DNA of 64,000 nucleotides from an uncultured Planctomycetaceae bacterium (GTDB lineage Bacteria; Planctomycetota; Planctomycetia; Planctomycetales; Planctomycetaceae): NCBI GenBank assembly GCA_963976765.1, contig CAXBME010000021.1, positions 62,001 to 126,000 of the forward strand, read 5' to 3'. Shown piece by piece: positions 58,347 to 64,000 of this stretch (position 1 is its first letter; each line of letters starts with the position of its first letter). The notes under the pieces were generated by a model. It saw only the letters and a program-made list of their open reading frames with translations, ran no database searches and was not told where the DNA came from. The position numbers and the translations under genes were made by a program.

Positions 58347-61300
58347 TCATTCCCAGCCGCCGAACTTTTCTCGCCAGCGGTCAGCGGTTGCGGTCAGAGT
58401 CGCCTGGTGCGTCTTGTAGTAAATCGCTCCGAAGACCAGCGCGACACCGATCAGCAGCACGACGGAACCGACAGCCGTCATCTGAAGGCCGCGTTCCATG
58501 CCGGTCAGCACCTTGCCGACGATCGTCACGAGATCGAGCAGCAGCATCGAAAAGCCCAGCGTCAGGTAAAGCCTGATGCGGAAAAAACTGCCCAGTCCCA
58601 TCGCGGCCAGACAGAGCAGAATCAGGCTGAGATTAAACACAACGGGGTAGCGGTCATCGACAAGTGCGTAGTAACCGGCACTGCTCAGGATGGTCAGAAT
58701 CGTGATCAGTCGAATGCGGTTGCGAGTGTCTCGATCAATACGATCGCGGAACAACTGCAGCATCACGAGCACGCCCATGCCGACCGGCACGGTGTACGCG
58801 TACAGAACCCGGAACTCCAGCTTCGACCAGAAGACGATCAGCACGAACGTCACGAAGCCCGCGATGCCCACCAGATGGTACGGCGACTGCCGGTCGTCCT
58901 TGCCCATGAAAGAAAACATCAGACTGTGCAGGCCGACGACCAGCAGCGCGACGTTGGTGCCCAGGTTGTGATAAAGCACCCACACCAGCGCGACGATCGG
59001 CAGTGCGAACAACGTCCCCAGCAGCGGAATGCGGATCTGCCGGGGCTGCAGATCGAACAGCTGTTTGCTCCCCGCCAGGCCGAAGCTGATGACCAGGCTC
59101 GCCCAGACGTCGTATTCGTAGTTCCAGAAGTCTGTCGTCAGCAGAAGGTGCCGACGGATAACGCCGAAGAAGGCGAGGATCGATAGCTGCAGCGCGATGT
59201 ACGGAGCCATACTCTGCCGCAACCGCCCTTCGTAGTACCAACCCATCGACAACGCCGCGAACAATCCGGCTGTCAGCATCAGCTCCGAAGTTTCAAACGG
59301 CCGCCCGTAATGCAGCATCTGAGCGACGACCGTCACGGCGAACGTCATCCACAGCACCACCGAGTTCGCCATCGCTCCGAAGGTCGCCATCCACTGACAG
59401 GTCTGGTCGAACAGTCTCGGTCGCGCGCGATCGAACTCGTCGTAAGTCGCGAACAATCGTTCCTGAAACACGCGAACGAACGTCCCGACAGCAAGCAGTG
59501 CCGCCGTCGCCGTCAGCAATGGCCAGCTTCGGATCGCGTCGCTCAGTCCCGCGCCGCGAATGTTCGTCTGGCTGAAAAACGCGAGCCACACCGGGATCAG
59601 CAGAATGCTCGCCGCCAGAATTCGCTCTTCGTTATTTCTCGCCGCAGACGTTGGTCGAGGCGTTAATGCAGTCAGCACAGTGCCAATCGCAACGGCGACG
59701 AGGCTGGTTGTTGATTCCGGATGATGCCACACGACGTGCGCCAGTGTGAGGCCCGACAGTCCCAGAGTGATCGTCCCCATCTTCGGCAGCGGAGTGAACG
59801 ACAGCGAAATCTGATGCACAACCAGCAGCACCGCCTGAATCGCCAGCACCGTCCAGATAACCTGTTCTTTCGGCAGCCAGCTGACGACGAAAAAGTCCAT
59901 GTGCAACGCCAGCAGAAGCTGCAGACCAGCCATCACAAAATACACGGGTGAGCGCCGGATGATGCCATGATGAATCAACACCGACGCACTGGCCGCCAGC
60001 AGTGGAGCGACCAGCAGGCTGTCTGATCTCCAGTCGGTCAGCCCCCACAGCACGAGCCCCTGTACGGCGATCTGCAGACAGATTCCCCACGAACGTCTCA
60101 GCGAGAACCACTGAGCCTCGTCGATGCTGGCCATCTCCTGAATGGCGGATCGCACAGGTGAGCGGTGGGTGCTGAAGAGAATCCAGAAATGCGCGATGCC
60201 GATTCCGCACCACGCAGCCGCCATGGGAAAATCGAACGGGCTCGTCCGCGGCAGCAGAGTCAGCGTGAAATAACTGCCGACCATCAGCGACAGTCCTCCA
60301 TAAAACGCGAGCCACGCGTTCCCACCCAGGCCGTGCAGTCTCAACAGGATCAGCGCGACGACCATCACCAGCGGAGCGTTCAGGTGGTAATAGTCGGTCT
60401 GAATGACCGGCTCGTTCGGAAACAGAATCATCTGAAACAGGCCGCGGCAGGTGTAGAACGCGAGGATCGTAAAACTGAGCACCGTGGCTGAGTTTCGATA
60501 GCGACGTCCGGAATCCAGGCCGCTGCGGAAGTCGGTTTCTGATCGGAAATAGAACCACGCGATCGGCAACCCGAATGCAAAGATCGCGGTGGCTGGCTGC
60601 CTGAATGCCGGGATCGTCAGAGCGGCACACCAGATCGCCAGCGTCACTCCGAAATGATAAAAGCCTTCGCACCAGTCGACCGATTCCCGCTCCCCGTCGT
60701 CGGGATGCCGTGCCGCTCGACGAAAGTACCACCCGGCCAGCAACGCGATCGCGCCGGAGACGACGAATCGGAACGCCGGAATCTCTGCGAGATTTGGATG
60801 AACGAAATAGTTGGCACTCAGCAGCGAAAGAATCAGGGCTGCCAGCACGAGGCTCGCTCGATTGACATAAGCAGTAATCGTCCTGCGCTGCACGATCCTT
60901 CGAATCAGAGTGGCTTCAAGCAGACTACCGGCCAGCCCCAGGCAGACCAGATGGATCTCTGACAGGCCGTGCCCTCGCAGGTAGTCACCGCCGAACACGC
61001 GGATGATGTGGATGTTGCCCAGCGTCAGCAGCGGCGTTCCGATCGCGTAAAACAGGCTGCGCTGCCATGACCAGCCGATCACCGCCAGCGTTGCGGCAGC
61101 GACAAACGGAGTGACCAGTTGCGAGGGTTGTTCGCGCAGTTCGCCACTGACCGTGTGATAAACCGTCGCCAGTACCGCAAACGCGATGGCCGGGACGAAG
61201 ACCCAGGCAACGTTAGCCGCGCGGAAGAACGTCAACGGGAAAGCTCCGTAGACGACAAACGGGCGACGAACGCCCAACCGTCGACCAGCGTGACCGATGA

Positions 61301-64000
61301 TTGCCATCGACAAAGCCAGCAGACTCAGTCGCCACGGCATGGCCAGCAGTCGAATCCGATCAACGATGGCGGCCACTCCGCTGGCATCGCGCAGTTCGGC
61401 ATGAAAGATCAACAGGTAACTCAGCAGCAGCGTGAGCAATCCCAGCAGCCCTGAATGGTGAGCCCTTGCCGCCAGAGCCACCGCCACCATCACGAAAAAT
61501 AACTGCTCAGCTGACAGCGAACTTCCAACCAGCGAATCGGCCATCGATGCCATCGCGATGGCTGCGACGAACAGACTGCCCAGCAGATTGAACGGCAGGA
61601 GCAACGGTGACAGGCGTTCGTAGAGTTCGCGCCGCACCTCGATGCACAGCAGAATCCCCTGAATAATCAGCAACTGCCCGATGGTTGGCCAGAACGAATT
61701 CCCCAACTCGACTCTCAGCAGCAGTGTTTCGTCGCCCGGCGCCGCCCAGGCCAGCATGGTCACCCAGATCAGAAAGAACAGCATCCCGCCGAACGCGTGC
61801 TGCCTGGTTCGCAGCCCGTGCCAGCCCAGCTGAGCGGCAGTAAACGCCAGCAATGGCAGCAAAGCGGCAACGTTCGTCCCGGCCAGCAGCGACACCATGC
61901 ACAACGCGCTGACAACCACGCTGCCACCGCTCAAGAGTGATCGGGTCGGGCCGGCCAGAATTCGCTCGCCCCATTCAAAACGTTCTTTCTGAGATGAGTA
62001 AGCGATCAGAAGAATCTGCAGGGTGATCCCCGCAACCAGCACGGGACCATACCAGTGAGGATCGTCGGACAGATGCCAGTGTCCGCACAACAGGCCGATC
62101 AACAGAAACAGTCCGCCCAGATAAGTGCCGACCACCGACTGCCGGTACTCGCGAGCGTAGACCGCGGTCAACGTCCAGCAGACTGATGTCACGCCGATGG
62201 CGATCGACGTTTTCAGGCCGACTCCATCGTCGAACAGATTTTTCAACAGCACCCAGGTATCGATTCGGGTGATCAGGAACAGAGCCGACGCGACCAGCGG
62301 CCACGTAAACAGCGTGTGGTCATAACGGCGAAGTGGAAACGGCGTACGGTCGAAGAACCGGTCGCCTTCTGAAAGATTTTTCAGAAACGAGGCCCCTCGC
62401 AAAGGGAACGAAGCGACCAGCAGCCCCAGTGCGCTGCAGGCGCTTCCCAGCCCGGTACCCCAACTGAAACGTTCAAACGTCAAGCGGAAGTTGGCTCGCA
62501 GTTCGGGAAACAGGATGATCACGATGGTCATCGCCATCATCGCCGGGATGAGCGATCGCGAGAAATATGTCGCTGCCACCAGCACGACCGCCATCAGCAA
62601 CGGGCCCAGATAATCCATCCACGCGTGCAGCCAGTCCGCTCCGGCAACGGCGTCATGCTCGACGACGACTCGCAACAACATGCCGGCCACGGCCATCGCT
62701 CCGTAGACCCAAAGCACCGTCGACCGAGCCCGCAGCAGCAGTTTCGAACGCGTGATTGCCAGCGTCGCCAGCCACAGAATCGACAGTACCGAAAGACCGA
62801 ACACCAGCGTGTTGCCTTCCAGGCTGCGACCTTCCATGTCGACACAGCCAAGGTACAGCAGCGACATCGCCAGCACTGACATAGCGGAATGCACCCACCG
62901 CAACTGGTTGTCCCGGAACGCTCGCCAGAAGAACCAGCCGACAATGATCAGCAGGCATTGTCCGGTATGAATCGGAGGCGTCTGGAATCGCCACTGACAT
63001 AGCGCGGCGACGATCGCCGTCAGCATCAGCACGGTCACCTGCATGCCCGTTGCCGTCTGGCTGATCGACTCGAAGTTACGAATTCGGAAGGCGTGGTGCA
63101 GTCCGCCCAGCAAGGCGGCCGCGATCAGTCCCAACGCCGGAAGCCACTCCTTCGGAAACGGATCGAGCATCCCCACAGACGCCACTGACAGCATCAGAAT
63201 CGTCAACCCGATCCATTCGTGGACTTTCGACCGACGGCCGAGCGACTGATAAATCCACACGGTGCCAGCCATCGCAAACGACAGCACGCGGATTTCCGGA
63301 TGAGTTGCTCCCATCAACGTGCCGAGCAGAATCAGCGCAAAGCCCAGAAAAGATTCGCCGCCCAGTTGCGACTGCCGACAGGTCAGAACTCGCGCGCGAC
63401 GCTCCATCAGCAGGACCAGCCAGCCCGTTGCGATGATCATCGGGGCGTAAGTCCAGACGTGAGGCAGATGTTTCAAGTATCCATGAACCCATCCGAAAAC
63501 CTGGACGAAGGTCACGACCAGCGTCGCCCCAAAGAACCAGGGAATGCGTTTTCCCTCAGCCATTTCGATGGTCAGCACGCTGCCCGAGAACCGGATCACC
63601 GACATGGCCAGTACGAGAAACCCCAGGTGAAAGCCCACTCCCATGATGACGTTGAGCTGTTCGCCGCCAACGCCAGCAAATGTCTGAGCCAGTGGGCCGA
63701 GCATTACCAGACTGTTGAGCAATAAAAGCGTTCCCCCGAGCAGCCAGGTCAGCGATTCGTGAATGAGGCCGCACCAGGTCTTCAACCCCCACGCTCCGAA
63801 TGACAGATAGACCGCGCCCAGCAAAGGAACGACCAGAAGTTTCTGCTCGACCTGCGGATCGTTCGACAAAAGGGCGACGGCCATAAAATTGATCGGCAGC
63901 AGTCCGGTGGCAGCACCTCGAAGAATGGCGGCGGTCCCTTCGAACTCTTTGTCCTGGCGTTCGACCCACGTTCCCATCGCCCCGAGCGCCCAGGTAAATC
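58347..64000 (-). CDS. Very large polytopic membrane protein (more than 1880 aa, 5' end beyond window)
   Basis: Frame stays open to the window edge (FTWALGA-MGTW...). Hydrophobic helices with short loops run along almost the entire length. Confidence 0.82.
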   Translation of the reverse strand, partial: FTWALGAMGTWVERQDKEFEGTAAILRGAATGLLPINFMAVALLSNDPQVEQKLLVVPLLGAVYLSFGAWGLKTWCGLIHESLTWLLGGTLLLLNSLVMLGPLAQTFAGVGGEQLNVIMGVGFHLGFLVLAMSVIRFSGSVLTIEMAEGKRIPWFFGATLVVTFVQVFGWVHGYLKHLPHVWTYAPMIIATGWLVLLMERRARVLTCRQSQLGGESFLGFALILLGTLMGATHPEIRVLSFAMAGTVWIYQSLGRRSKVHEWIGLTILMLSVASVGMLDPFPKEWLPALGLIAAALLGGLHHAFRIRNFESISQTATGMQVTVLMLTAIVAALCQWRFQTPPIHTGQCLLIIVGWFFWRAFRDNQLRWVHSAMSVLAMSLLYLGCVDMEGRSLEGNTLVFGLSVLSILWLATLAITRSKLLLRARSTVLWVYGAMAVAGMLLRVVVEHDAVAGADWLHAWMDYLGPLLMAVVLVAATYFSRSLIPAMMAMTIVIILFPELRANFRLTFERFSWGTGLGSACSALGLLVASFPLRGASFLKNLSEGDRFFDRTPFPLRRYDHTLFTWPLVASALFLITRIDTWVLLKNLFDDGVGLKTSIAIGVTSVCWTLTAVYAREYRQSVVGTYLGGLFLLIGLLCGHWHLSDDPHWYGPVLVAGITLQILLIAYSSQKERFEWGERILAGPTRSLLSGGSVVVSALCMVSLLAGTNVAALLPLLAFTAAQLGWHGLRTRQHAFGGMLFFLIWVTMLAWAAPGDETLLLRVELGNSFWPTIGQLLIIQGILLCIEVRRELYERLSPLLLPFNLLGSLFVAAIAMASMADSLVGSSLSAEQLFFVMVAVALAARAHHSGLLGLLTLLLSYLLIFHAELRDASGVAAIVDRIRLLAMPWRLSLLALSMAIIGHAGRRLGVRRPFVVYGAFPLTFFRAANVAWVFVPAIAFAVLATVYHTVSGELREQPSQLVTPFVAAATLAVIGWSWQRSLFYAIGTPLLTLGNIHIIRVFGGDYLRGHGLSEIHLVCLGLAGSLLEATLIRRIVQRRTITAYVNRASLVLAALILSLLSANYFVHPNLAEIPAFRFVVSGAIALLAGWYFRRAARHPDDGERESVDWCEGFYHFGVTLAIWCAALTIPAFRQPATAIFAFGLPIAWFYFRSETDFRSGLDSGRRYRNSATVLSFTILAFYTCRGLFQMILFPNEPVIQTDYYHLNAPLVMVVALILLRLHGLGGNAWLAFYGGLSLMVGSYFTLTLLPRTSPFDFPMAAAWCGIGIAHFWILFSTHRSPVRSAIQEMASIDEAQWFSLRRSWGICLQIAVQGLVLWGLTDWRSDSLLVAPLLAASASVLIHHGIIRRSPVYFVMAGLQLLLALHMDFFVVSWLPKEQVIWTVLAIQAVLLVVHQISLSFTPLPKMGTITLGLSGLTLAHVVWHHPESTTSLVAVAIGTVLTALTPRPTSAARNNEERILAASILLIPVWLAFFSQTNIRGAGLSDAIRSWPLLTATAALLAVGTFVRVFQERLFATYDEFDRARPRLFDQTCQWMATFGAMANSVVLWMTFAVTVVAQMLHYGRPFETSELMLTAGLFAALSMGWYYEGRLRQSMAPYIALQLSILAFFGVIRRHLLLTTDFWNYEYDVWASLVISFGLAGSKQLFDLQPRQIRIPLLGTLFALPIVALVWVLYHNLGTNVALLVVGLHSLMFSFMGKDDRQSPYHLVGIAGFVTFVLIVFWSKLEFRVLYAYTVPVGMGVLVMLQLFRDRIDRDTRNRIRLITILTILSSAGYYALVDDRYPVVFNLSLILLCLAAMGLGSFFRIRLYLTLGFSMLLLDLVTIVGKVLTGMERGLQMTAVGSVVLLIGVALVFGAIYYKTHQATLTATADRWREKFGGWE

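Noticed and set aside
1..64000. tRNA, rRNA, integrase, transposase or prophage genes
   Set aside because: No cloverleaf/T-loop signatures in intergenic DNA and no recombinase or phage motifs among the ORFs, judged by eye.

Overview
Planctomycete-type chromosomal segment (inferred from gene content: paired Zn-ribbon signal peptidases, PQQ-repeat protein, Trx-trypsin fusion, minimal murE-murF-mraY cluster). In order: partial flgE, Trx-protease, dusB, Ser/Thr kinase, orphan BlaI/CopY regulator, degenerate RmlD-like SDR, a partial Tad locus (cpaE-cpaC-cpaB-cpaA plus three tandem flp pilins), an exopolysaccharide cluster (GT4, Wzy-like, Wzx, two CelD-like GNATs, deacetylases), lptB, two lepB, murE-murF-mraY, two low-complexity secreted proteins, GDPD, a Tat protein, purM, a ~2900-aa secreted protein with a small secreted partner, a PQQ-repeat protein, a double-esterase/SMP-30 fusion and a partial giant polytopic membrane protein. 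Best novelty candidates: (1) the giant protein, whose C-terminal third resembles Tc-toxin TcA (helical pore hairpin plus TcB-binding-like domain) but has a signal peptide, no tcB/tcC nearby and a His-motif partner; (2) a covarying structured RNA leader before each of the three flp pilins; (3) a holdfast-like EPS cluster next to the Tad locus. No tRNA, rRNA, CRISPR array or transposase was seen. All family calls come from reading motifs by eye; no searches were run.
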